Shown here: piece after piece, positions 1 through 6,564 of the stretch
Numbering within the stretch: the stretch's first letter is position 1
Layout: every line of letters begins with the position of its first letter
Assembly (NCBI GenBank): GCA_032249095.1
Contig: JAVVGN010000016.1
Span: forward strand, 1 to 31,606
DNA length: 31,606 nt
Source of the DNA: Candidatus Caldarchaeales archaeon
GTDB lineage: Archaea > Thermoproteota > Nitrososphaeria_A > Caldarchaeales > Calditenuaceae
Reading direction: 5' to 3'
Program-made: the position numbers and the translations under genes
The notes under the pieces: model-generated
Databases searched by the model: none
The model's input: the letters and a program-made list of their open reading frames with translations, nothing else
Told to the model about the DNA's origin: nothing

Positions 1-276
1 GAGGCCATCGAACTCCTCTGGAAACCTTCCAACACCATAGGCGTATAGGTCGTCGTCATAGGCCTTACTAACTCCCAAGAGCCTGAGCCTGCCGTCCCTT
101 GAGGGCCTACCATTCGTATATAAATGGTAGTATAGCCTCTTGAGGAGTCTCAGGTTATCTATTAGGCCCTTCCTGTACTTGTGATATAAGTGGCCTATGT
201 CCGCTACCGCTAACCACCTACCGTCCTTAAAGTATAGGCATAGGGCTCCTGCATGTAGCCTAAGCCTCTCAAACAT
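1..276 (-). CDS. hypothetical protein, N-terminal part (gene runs off the left edge of the window)
   Basis: Absent from the ORF track because no stop lies in the window. By hand translation the reverse frame is open from 711 down to 1. ATG at 276-274 gives MFERLRLHAGALCLYFKDGRWLAVADIGHLYHKYRKGLIDNLRLLKRLYYHLYTNGRPSRDGRLRLLGVSKAYDDDLYAYGVGRFPEEFDGL. This is a K/Y/L/R-rich, protein-like composition in a relatively AT-rich stretch. The start may lie upstream: GTG 354 or TTG 390 would add an acidic tail and a CGDC motif. Confidence 0.4.
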   Translation of the reverse strand, partial: MFERLRLHAGALCLYFKDGRWLAVADIGHLYHKYRKGLIDNLRLLKRLYYHLYTNGRPSRDGRLRLLGVSKAYDDDLYAYGVGRFPEEFDGL

Positions 277-415
277 AGACCCCTCTCCGCAGTCTCCGCA
301 TCTGCCAGCCTCGGCCTCCCCCTCACCTTCCTCGGCCCCCTCTGCCCGCTCCACCGTCGCCTCCTCCCCAACATCCTCCTCAGCCTGCAACTCCTCGGCC
401 TCAGGCTCTCCAGAT

Positions 416-715
416 GTGAAGCTGTCTAGGGTGGTTAGGAAGCGGCTTAGGAGCGATGCTGAGATTGAGGAGGTCGTTTCCAAGAGGCTTGAGAGGTCTG
501 GTAGCGCGGTCGTGATGAGCATACTTGGAAACTTCTCGGTGGATAGGGGGGAGTTCAGGACGGCCTCGGAGCGCGTCGTCTCCGTGATGTCTAGGATGGT
601 TGAGAGGGATCCGGCGAGGCTTGAGCTCACCGGCTCCGGGGTCAGGACCGTCATAAGGCTCAGGCAGCCCCCGAAGCCTCCCGAGGCTCCGGAGCAGCGG
701 CCGGCCGAGGGCTAG
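416..715 (+). CDS. hypothetical small protein (about 99 aa)
   Basis: This is the C-terminal two-thirds of ORF 197..715. From GTG 416 the translation (KLSRVVRKRLRSDAEIEEVVSKRLERSGSAVVMSILGNF...) is protein-like. The part upstream (197-415) is S/P-rich low complexity and overlaps the reverse-strand gene. Same orientation as, and 44 nt upstream of, the methyltransferase. Confidence 0.4.
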   Translation: MKLSRVVRKRLRSDAEIEEVVSKRLERSGSAVVMSILGNFSVDRGEFRTASERVVSVMSRMVERDPARLELTGSGVRTVIRLRQPPKPPEAPEQRPAEG

Positions 716-759
716 GAGGGCCACAACCCGATTTATATCCCTTCTACGCGGTCTATCCA

Positions 760-1587
760 GTGATAGCTCTAGGGTCCGTCTCGTTTCCAGAGCCTAGGAG
801 GGTCGAGGTTCCTGTGGCTCCGGCCTTCGGGCCCTACCGGAGGTTCTTCCCCCGCGAGGCGGTCGGGCACCCGGCCAAGGCCAACCTCCACCTGGTCGAG
901 AGGCTGGTGGAGCTCGTGAGTTCTCCTGGTGACGTTGTTCTGGACCCATTCGCCGGGACCTTCTCGACGTGCGTGGTCTCCGTCCTGGCGGGTAGGGGGG
1001 CCGTCGGCGTCGAGATCGATCGGGAGTACTTGGGCTGGGGCCTGGAGGCGTCTAGGAGGGTTTGGGCGGAGTCTGGGAGGTGCTTCCACGCCCTGTGGGC
1101 CGACGCCTCGATGATCGGCCAGCTCCTCCGCCCATCCTCCGTAGATGCAGTTGTTACTAGCCCTCCATATGTCCTCTCCTCTCTGCACGGTGGCGACGCT
1201 GTGAGGAGGCTTGAGAGGGTCCTGAGGGCTGGAAGAGACCCTAGGGACTTCTTCGGGGGCCTGGCCAGGAACGCGGTGCGCGGGCGCTCCCGCAGGCACG
1301 ACTACTACCCCCTCAGCCGCTGGATAGCCCTGATGAGGGAGGTGCTCTCGGGCCTCCGAGAGGTCCTGAGGAGCGGCTCTCTCGCCGCCTTCATAGTCAG
1401 GAACAGGATTAGGCGGGGGTCGCTCCTGGAGCTGGACTCCCTCCTCGCCTCCCTCGCGATTGGGGCCGGGTTCGCGGTCGAGGCGCTCTACTCGGCCCCG
1501 GCTCCCAGGAGCCTATGGGCCAACCTCCTAGCAAGGAGGGGTTTGGAGCTTCCGCGTGAGGATAGGGTCGTGGTCCTCAGGAGCTAG
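760..1587 (+). CDS. SAM-dependent N4-cytosine/N6-adenine DNA methyltransferase-like protein (PF01555-like motifs, permuted order)
   Basis: 'HPAKANLHLVERLVELVSSPGDVVLDPFAGTFST' (aa 37-70) matches the HPxxKP...DPFxGSGTT block. The catalytic 'TSPPY' lies at aa 133-137. 'GVEIDREY' follows motif I, as in N6_N4 MTases. Confidence 0.65.
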   Translation: MIALGSVSFPEPRRVEVPVAPAFGPYRRFFPREAVGHPAKANLHLVERLVELVSSPGDVVLDPFAGTFSTCVVSVLAGRGAVGVEIDREYLGWGLEASRRVWAESGRCFHALWADASMIGQLLRPSSVDAVVTSPPYVLSSLHGGDAVRRLERVLRAGRDPRDFFGGLARNAVRGRSRRHDYYPLSRWIALMREVLSGLREVLRSGSLAAFIVRNRIRRGSLLELDSLLASLAIGAGFAVEALYSAPAPRSLWANLLARRGLELPREDRVVVLRS

Positions 1588-1632
1588 GGCCTAGAAACCC
1601 TATATCTCGGGCTTAGTTGTTTGCTCCTAGGT

Positions 1633-1947
1633 ATGTCGTTGGAGGATAGGTTGAGGGAGGTTCTTGAGAGGGGTGGGGACTGGCGTAGGGTCCCGGTGAA
1701 GGGCCTGCCGGGGGTCTTCGTCGTCAAGGCTCCCGCCAGGGGGAGCAGGCCTGCCTCCCTTGTGGTGGAGCTGAACCCCCTCAACGAGGCCGGGGCGCCA
1801 TCCAAGAGGAGGGGCCTCTACCTCAGGAGCCTCAGGGAGCTCGAAGACTACAGGAAGATGCTTGGAGATGGGAGGCTCGAACAGTTGTTGAGGACCGTCG
1901 AGAAGGTGAACCCTGGGGGAGCGGAGAGGGAGGACCTAGAGATCTAG
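1633..1947 (+). CDS. hypothetical protein (104 aa)
   Basis: ORF 1621..1947; first ATG at 1633 (MSLEDRLREVLERGGDW...). Protein-like composition, no recognisable motif. Its end overlaps the convergent gene by 4 nt. Confidence 0.5.
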   Translation: MSLEDRLREVLERGGDWRRVPVKGLPGVFVVKAPARGSRPASLVVELNPLNEAGAPSKRRGLYLRSLRELEDYRKMLGDGRLEQLLRTVEKVNPGGAEREDLEI

Positions 1948-2384
1948 CGGAGGCCTGTTGGCTGCTCCTCGCTCCTATCCACTATCTTTATTCTTTCTCC
2001 GAGCTTGTCTGTCTTTCTGTAGAGCCATTTCGCCCTCCTCCCGGGCCTCCTCTCCCTCTCCAGTACTTCTAGTGTGGTTAGGTGTTCTAGTGCTGGTCTT
2101 ACGTGTTTGAAGTCTTTTGGGGCCCAGCCCCTCCTTAGGAGTTCTGAGGCTACGTCGCTGGCGCTCCTCCACTCGTCGAGGAAGCCCTCTAGGGCAAGCC
2201 TGACTATCCTTCCGTATAGCTCGTCTTCAGGGACCTTGATGTACTCGTACCTCCTCTCGTAGATTATCTTTGGGACAGAGCACTCTATCCTGACCTCGGG
2301 TATCCTGGAGAGTATTGCGCGGACTAGCTGTTCAAGGGCCTCTACCCTGTGCCTGAGCTCCTCTATCTCGTCCTCGATGCTCAT
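1944..2384 (-). CDS. coiled-coil plus winged-helix-like DNA-binding protein (146 aa), co-oriented downstream of the helicase
   Basis: The N-terminal heptad-like helix is MSIEDEIEELRHRVEALEQLVRAIL. The C-terminal segment SDVASELLRRGW...VRPALEHLTTLEVLERERRPGRRAKWLYRKT has a wHTH-like pattern. It lies 33 nt downstream of the helicase stop. Confidence 0.55.
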   Translation of the reverse strand: MSIEDEIEELRHRVEALEQLVRAILSRIPEVRIECSVPKIIYERRYEYIKVPEDELYGRIVRLALEGFLDEWRSASDVASELLRRGWAPKDFKHVRPALEHLTTLEVLERERRPGRRAKWLYRKTDKLGERIKIVDRSEEQPTGLR

Positions 2385-2417
2385 TCAATGTAGCTATCCA
2401 AATCGCGGTAGATAAGT

Positions 2418-4784
2418 TCAGATGGCCTCCACTACGTCGTGGATTAGTATTGTGGTTGTGCCGTTTAGCTTGGTTATTGTTGCTCTTGCCCTGAATCTTC
2501 TACCCTTCTTTATCAGTTCTCTGGGTCCGTTGTAGGCTGATGGTTCCAGCCTGGCCCTGAACCGGTCGTCTACGAGGACTATGGCGAAGCCCTGGTATAT
2601 CTTCTCTACCTCTATCGTCCTTATCCTTCCCTGCGGCCTAGCAGAGATTGGTCTTGACCTTAGGGCCGCGGCCGTGACGTATCTTTCCCCGACCCTCTTC
2701 ACCAGCCCCTCCCTCAATAGCCTGCCGAGGCTCCTCCTCACGGCCTCCGGGGTGTATGTGTGGCCCTCGTAGAGCTCTTGGAGCGTCGCCCCCCTAGCCC
2801 CAGCCTTGAGTAGCGTCATGTAGATGTGTTTTCGGCAGTGGTGGAGCTCGCTGCTTGACGGGCCCTCGACCTCCATCTCCTCAAGCTCTATCGGATTGAC
2901 CTCCTCAACGGTATCAGAGGTTGGGGCTGACTGCGCGGGTGGTAGCTCTATGGACAGCCCCTCCTCGGCCACGCTTTTCTGCTCCTCCCGCTCAGCCCTG
3001 TGTTCCCGATCCGCGGTTTCCATCTCTATTGCATGCTCTCCCTCCTCTTTCCTCCTCCATGGCCAGGGTGTCCCGGGCCGGGGCCTCTCGGCCCTCCTCT
3101 CCAGACTGACCGTCTTGTTTGATGCTTGTCTGAGTATCTTCTCCATCTTCCTGGCCCTCCTGTATCCTTCTCTGAAGTAGTACTCGTCTACGGTCTCCTC
3201 GGCCACTAGTATTACTGCCTTGCCGGGAAGCCTCCTCCCAGTCCTGCCCCTCCTCTGTATGTATCTTATCCCGGAGACGGCTGGCTCGTAGAAGACTACT
3301 AGGCCGCACTCAGGTATGTCTAGCCCCTCCTCTCCTATGCTGGTCGCGACTAGGACGTTGTAGGCTCCCTCCCTGAAGGCCTTGAGCGTCCTAGCCTGCT
3401 CCTCCTGCGTCATCCTGGGGCCCTGCTTCCCCTCCGCCTTGCCTATGAATAGTGCTGCCCTATACCCCCTCTCCCTGAGCCTCTCGACTAGGACCTCGGC
3501 CGTTGCCCTGATGTTGGCGAAGACCAGCACCCTGTCGTCCCCCTTCTCGGCGAAGTGGGCTGTGAGGACCGATGCCAGCGCCGCGACCTTCGTGTGGTCC
3601 GCCCTACACTCGTTGACCATCATCACGAGCCTCCGGTACTCCGGCATCCCGGCTATCATCCTGTGGCTCCTGAGCTCCGACCTCCCTATCTCCTCCAAGT
3701 ATCGTCTCAGGCTGTGGACGTGCTGGCTCTCTATCAGCTCCTCGGCGTGGTATAGGCTTAGTGCCGCCGAGATGAGGGCCATGTAGTGCATGTTGGGTCC
3801 TTTTACTCCCGCCTCTATCTCGGCCCTGAGCCTGTTCATCAGGCCGACTAGGACCTTCCTGTTGACGGCTTCGCGGGGGACCCTGAGCAGCCCGCCTATC
3901 CTCAGCCTCTCCAGCACCGACTCTATCATCCTCCTTATCTCCTGCCTGATGGCCTCGTATTCTTTTGGCAGTGCGACCCTGACCCAGCTAACCTTTACCC
4001 CCGGTATGTATCTCGATACCTCCTCCTCTTCCTCGCTCATCCAGACTATCTGCTCTATCCATAGGTTCCTCACGACCTCTACGACCTTCTCCTCCTCGGA
4101 GCCCGGCGACGCCGTCAGAGCAAGGATTAATGGATACGGGCACCTCCTGACGTACTCCTCCGCGAGCCTCGTGTAGGCGTATCGGCTCCTAGACCTGTGG
4201 CACTCGTCGAAGACTAGGAGAGCGAACTCCTCCAGCCCCACCAGGCCCCTCCTATAGTCGTTGAGGACTGCCTGCGGTGTCGCGGTGAATATCCTGACCC
4301 TAGGATCTCTCCAGACCATCGGCCTCCCGCCAGTCTCCCCGGTCACCGCCGCCACCTCGTGGCTCTCCAGCCTAAGGTGCCTCAGGACGGATTCCCTGTG
4401 CTGTAGCGCCAGGGGCTTCGTCGGCGCCATTATCAGGACCCTGCATCCAGGATATCTGTGGAGGAGCTCCGCGGCCACCAGCTCCGCTATTACCGTCTTC
4501 CCTAGGGCAGTCGGTAGGACCACGAGTGTGTTGGCCTGTAGAGCCCTCTCAACCATCCTCCTCTGGTACTCCCTGTCCTCTAGGACTCCCTCCCTCACCA
4601 TCGGGTGCTCAACGTAGCTGGCCCTGGGTGCCGAGAGTTCCTCCCTCACCTTCAGTATGTGCTTGCAGGCCGTGTGCCTGTAGGTGTAGTGGGGGCATGT
4701 GCAGCTCCAGGAGCCCTCGTCGCTAAGCGTGACCATGTATTCTACTCCTGGCTCCGACTGGCTCGGCACCCGCCAGCTCCTCAA
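2418..4784 (-). CDS. SWIM zinc-finger / Hef-FANCM-Mph1-like (COG1111-type) SF2 DEAH helicase with C-terminal wHTH and beta-rich domain
   Basis: SWIM CxCxnCxH motif: 'SCTCPHYTYRHTACKHI'. Helicase motifs: I 'LPTALGKT', II 'DECH', III 'TASPG', VI 'QRRGRTGR'. A large insertion sits between the RecA lobes, as in Hef/RIG-I-like enzymes. An acidic linker is followed by 'ATLQELYEGHTYTPEAVRRSLGRLLREGLVKRV' (wHTH-like) and a basic beta-rich tail of about 70 aa. The start is TTG 4784; GTG 4769 and ATG 4736 are alternatives, but ATG 4736 would cut into the SWIM strand. Confidence 0.85.
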   Translation of the reverse strand: MRSWRVPSQSEPGVEYMVTLSDEGSWSCTCPHYTYRHTACKHILKVREELSAPRASYVEHPMVREGVLEDREYQRRMVERALQANTLVVLPTALGKTVIAELVAAELLHRYPGCRVLIMAPTKPLALQHRESVLRHLRLESHEVAAVTGETGGRPMVWRDPRVRIFTATPQAVLNDYRRGLVGLEEFALLVFDECHRSRSRYAYTRLAEEYVRRCPYPLILALTASPGSEEEKVVEVVRNLWIEQIVWMSEEEEEVSRYIPGVKVSWVRVALPKEYEAIRQEIRRMIESVLERLRIGGLLRVPREAVNRKVLVGLMNRLRAEIEAGVKGPNMHYMALISAALSLYHAEELIESQHVHSLRRYLEEIGRSELRSHRMIAGMPEYRRLVMMVNECRADHTKVAALASVLTAHFAEKGDDRVLVFANIRATAEVLVERLRERGYRAALFIGKAEGKQGPRMTQEEQARTLKAFREGAYNVLVATSIGEEGLDIPECGLVVFYEPAVSGIRYIQRRGRTGRRLPGKAVILVAEETVDEYYFREGYRRARKMEKILRQASNKTVSLERRAERPRPGTPWPWRRKEEGEHAIEMETADREHRAEREEQKSVAEEGLSIELPPAQSAPTSDTVEEVNPIELEEMEVEGPSSSELHHCRKHIYMTLLKAGARGATLQELYEGHTYTPEAVRRSLGRLLREGLVKRVGERYVTAAALRSRPISARPQGRIRTIEVEKIYQGFAIVLVDDRFRARLEPSAYNGPRELIKKGRRFRARATITKLNGTTTILIHDVVEAI

Positions 4785-4796
4785 GCTGGCCCGACT

Positions 4797-4827
4797 ATGC
4801 TCCCGGCTCTAAAAAGGTTTTATGGTC
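4797..4827. promoter_or_regulatory. quasi-palindromic A/T box (TAAAA-AGG-TTTTA), copy 1; putative bidirectional BRE/TATA promoter
   Basis: atgctcccggctctaaaaaggttttatggtc. The box centre lies about 27-30 nt from the helicase TTG start (leaderless-type spacing on the - strand). It also lies upstream of the + strand micro-ORF. A near-identical copy occurs at 5116-5146. Confidence 0.4.
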
Positions 4828-4886
4828 TTCGTGCTATACGTCGTTCAGGGAGATCTTATATTGAGGTGATCTTTAGTATAGCTGAG

Positions 4887-4970
4887 GTGCAAGCAAGGAA
4901 GGCAAAGGCGAGGAGGAAGGCTCGGGCGAAAACCAAGAAGGCGGCTAAGAGGCCCGCAAGGAAGGCTTGA
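4887..4970 (+). CDS. putative Lys/Arg/Ala-rich micro-protein (27 aa from GTG 4887; 34 aa from GTG 4866)
   Basis: The frame reads (IFSIAE)VQARKAKARRKARAKTKKAAKRPARKA*. It lies between promoter copy 1 and a T5 tract at 5071. 'gctgagg' sits just upstream of GTG 4887. It is below normal gene-calling size, so the call is weak. Confidence 0.25.
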   Translation: MQARKAKARRKARAKTKKAAKRPARKA

Positions 4971-5070
4971 AGGAGCCGGCGGAGCCCAAACCGGAGGCCA
5001 CTCCTGAGGAGAAGCCTGCCGGAGAGGCGGCGCCCGCCTAGGAGCCCGAGTCGTCCACAAACCATCCACG

Positions 5071-5078
5071 TTTTTATT
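5071..5078 (+). terminator. oligo-T tract (tttttatt), putative archaeal terminator of the short purine-rich transcript
   Basis: A T5 run follows the purine-rich 4880-5050 segment and precedes promoter copy 2. Confidence 0.3.
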
Positions 5079-5115
5079 GGGGTCCGCCAGCATCCCTGGC
5101 CAAGGAATCCTGGCC

Positions 5116-5146
5116 ATGCTCCCAGCTCTAAAAGGGTTTTAGTGCC
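5116..5146. promoter_or_regulatory. quasi-palindromic A/T box, copy 2; putative promoter of the Hjc-like gene
   Basis: atgctcccagctctaaaagggttttagtgcc matches copy 1 at about 26 of 31 positions. The shared 'ctggcc' further upstream extends the match. It lies 45-60 nt upstream of ATG 5187. Confidence 0.4.
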
Positions 5147-5186
5147 TCTAACAGTTATAGCTGTTCGCGTGGGTGGTTTGTTTGGC

Positions 5187-5495
5187 ATGAGCTATAGGAG
5201 GGGGAGGAGGTTCGAGTATATTGTTAGGGATCTGTTCAGGAGTAGGGGGTGGTTTGTTGTGAGGGCCGCGGCGTCGAGGCCGGTGGACCTCGTATGCCTG
5301 AGGAGGGCTGGTGTGGGTGTGGTGGCCGTGCTGGTCGAGTGCAAGTATGGGGTGGGTTCTCCTAGGAGGTCTGACGCGGCTGGGCTGGTCGCCGCCGCTC
5401 GGAGGGCGGGCGCCACGCCGGTCCTAGCCTTTGCGGAGAAGAGGGGAAGGATGAGGATGATAGACGCAGAAAAGTGGTTAGACTTCACTCCCTAG
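5187..5495 (+). CDS. minimal Hjc/Hje-type Holliday-junction-resolvase-like PD-(D/E)xK endonuclease (102 aa)
   Basis: MSYRRGRRFEYIVRDLFRSRGWFVVRAAASRPVDLVCL...VLVECKYG has the Hjc pattern RKGxxxERxxxxxLxxxGFxVxRxxxS..DxIA...IExK. The catalytic set is intact at E10, D34, E51 and K53. First ATG of ORF 5142..5495. Confidence 0.75.
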   Translation: MSYRRGRRFEYIVRDLFRSRGWFVVRAAASRPVDLVCLRRAGVGVVAVLVECKYGVGSPRRSDAAGLVAAARRAGATPVLAFAEKRGRMRMIDAEKWLDFTP

Positions 5496-5597
5496 GCCAA
5501 GTCAGGTAGATAGGGAATCCTCCTCCACTTACCCGCGCCTCAATTGTCTGGAAGCCCTAAATATTGTTCCTTAGTCCCAGAGGGTTGTGGCGGCTTG

Positions 5598-6506
5598 ATG
5601 AGGGCGAGGTTTCTGGTGGCTGTTTTGGTGTTGGCGGCGCTGCTGTTCTCGGTCCTAGCGCTAGGCGGCATCTACAAGACTGGCGAGCCTGGGGGGAGGG
5701 GGGTTGCAACTCCCCTCTACGAGTCTAGAGGTGGGGCTGAACTAACAATTACTACGCGGAGAGAGACGACGCAGGGATCCACACAAACCACGGCTCACGA
5801 AACCATAGTGATATACTCCGCTCCCGAGAGGTGGCCGGAGGCGAGGCGGTACGCTCTTTTCGAGATAATCGATGTTCCGGGGAACGTATCCCTCTCTGTC
5901 GTCTACTTTGAGCGGGTTCCGAGCCTGAATGCAATCTACTACGAGCCGCTCCCGAATGGTTCGGTGGTAACACACTTCAACGTAACCTACATGCCGAGGC
6001 AGAACGAGACGGTCTACTTAGCGACCCTCGCATACGTCATTCGGGGCGATCCTAGGGAGCGGGGGATCGACGTGCCGGAAACTCTTTGCATCCGGCGGCA
6101 CGAGAACCCGTTGACGTTGGCTAACTGCTTCATAATCCCCGCCCTGGCCACGGACCTGCTCCTCGGGACGATCACAAGGGCGCTGGATCTTGGGCTGAAG
6201 ATCTTGTCGGGAGAGGAGTTGAGGCTGGACCTCATCGACGAGAATGGCAAGCGCTACGCCCCTGTGGAGAGGGTTGTCGTCGGTGTGATGAATATTACAG
6301 CGAGTGGTGGGTCCTGGTATCTGGCCTACAAGGAGTATGCCCTGCGGGGCCTAGGAGAGCACGTCATAGGCAGAGGCTCTTATGCCTTCATACTGCCTAG
6401 GGGCGCTAGGCCCCAGTACCTCTACCTATACGTCTCCAAGACCGGCCTACTATCCGTCTTTGATCCCGAGAAGGAGCGGCCGGTCGCCCTGATTAGGGTT
6501 GGTTAG
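5598..6506 (+). CDS. N-terminally anchored/secreted protein with multiple N-glycosylation sequons, function unknown
   Basis: From ATG 5598: MRARFLVAVLVLAALLFSVLALGG, a signal or anchor sequence. NxS/T sequons are NVS, NGS, NVT, NET and NIT. An A/T box (ctaaatattg, 5557-5566) lies upstream. Confidence 0.6.
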   Translation: MRARFLVAVLVLAALLFSVLALGGIYKTGEPGGRGVATPLYESRGGAELTITTRRETTQGSTQTTAHETIVIYSAPERWPEARRYALFEIIDVPGNVSLSVVYFERVPSLNAIYYEPLPNGSVVTHFNVTYMPRQNETVYLATLAYVIRGDPRERGIDVPETLCIRRHENPLTLANCFIIPALATDLLLGTITRALDLGLKILSGEELRLDLIDENGKRYAPVERVVVGVMNITASGGSWYLAYKEYALRGLGEHVIGRGSYAFILPRGARPQYLYLYVSKTGLLSVFDPEKERPVALIRVG

Positions 6507-6564
6507 GGTGGGGCTAGGAGCTGAGCGAGTCCTTCAGGAGGAGGATGAGGGCCAGCCTGTCGCC

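Noticed and set aside
197-415. N-terminal 73 codons of track ORF 197..715 (+)
   Set aside because: The sequence is S/P/A-rich low complexity in a segment of about 75% GC where both strands are open. It overlaps the more protein-like reverse-strand gene (1..276), so the + gene more likely starts at GTG 416.
769-1299. 176-aa - strand ORF. The same applies to 8145..8630 (+), 8478..9008 (-), 12125..12556 (-), 16219..16767 (+), 3382..4176 (+) and 20133..20501 (-).
   Set aside because: All lie antisense or out of frame within genes with clear catalytic motifs, and all have P/R/S-rich, non-protein-like composition.
4845-5188. Two overlapping - strand ORFs (90 and 110 aa) in the helicase/hjc spacer
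   Set aside because: Their P/L/R/G-rich products look like shadows of the purine-rich + strand. They run against the promoter/terminator logic of promoter copy 1 followed by the T5 tract. I cannot fully exclude antisense transcription from promoter copy 2.
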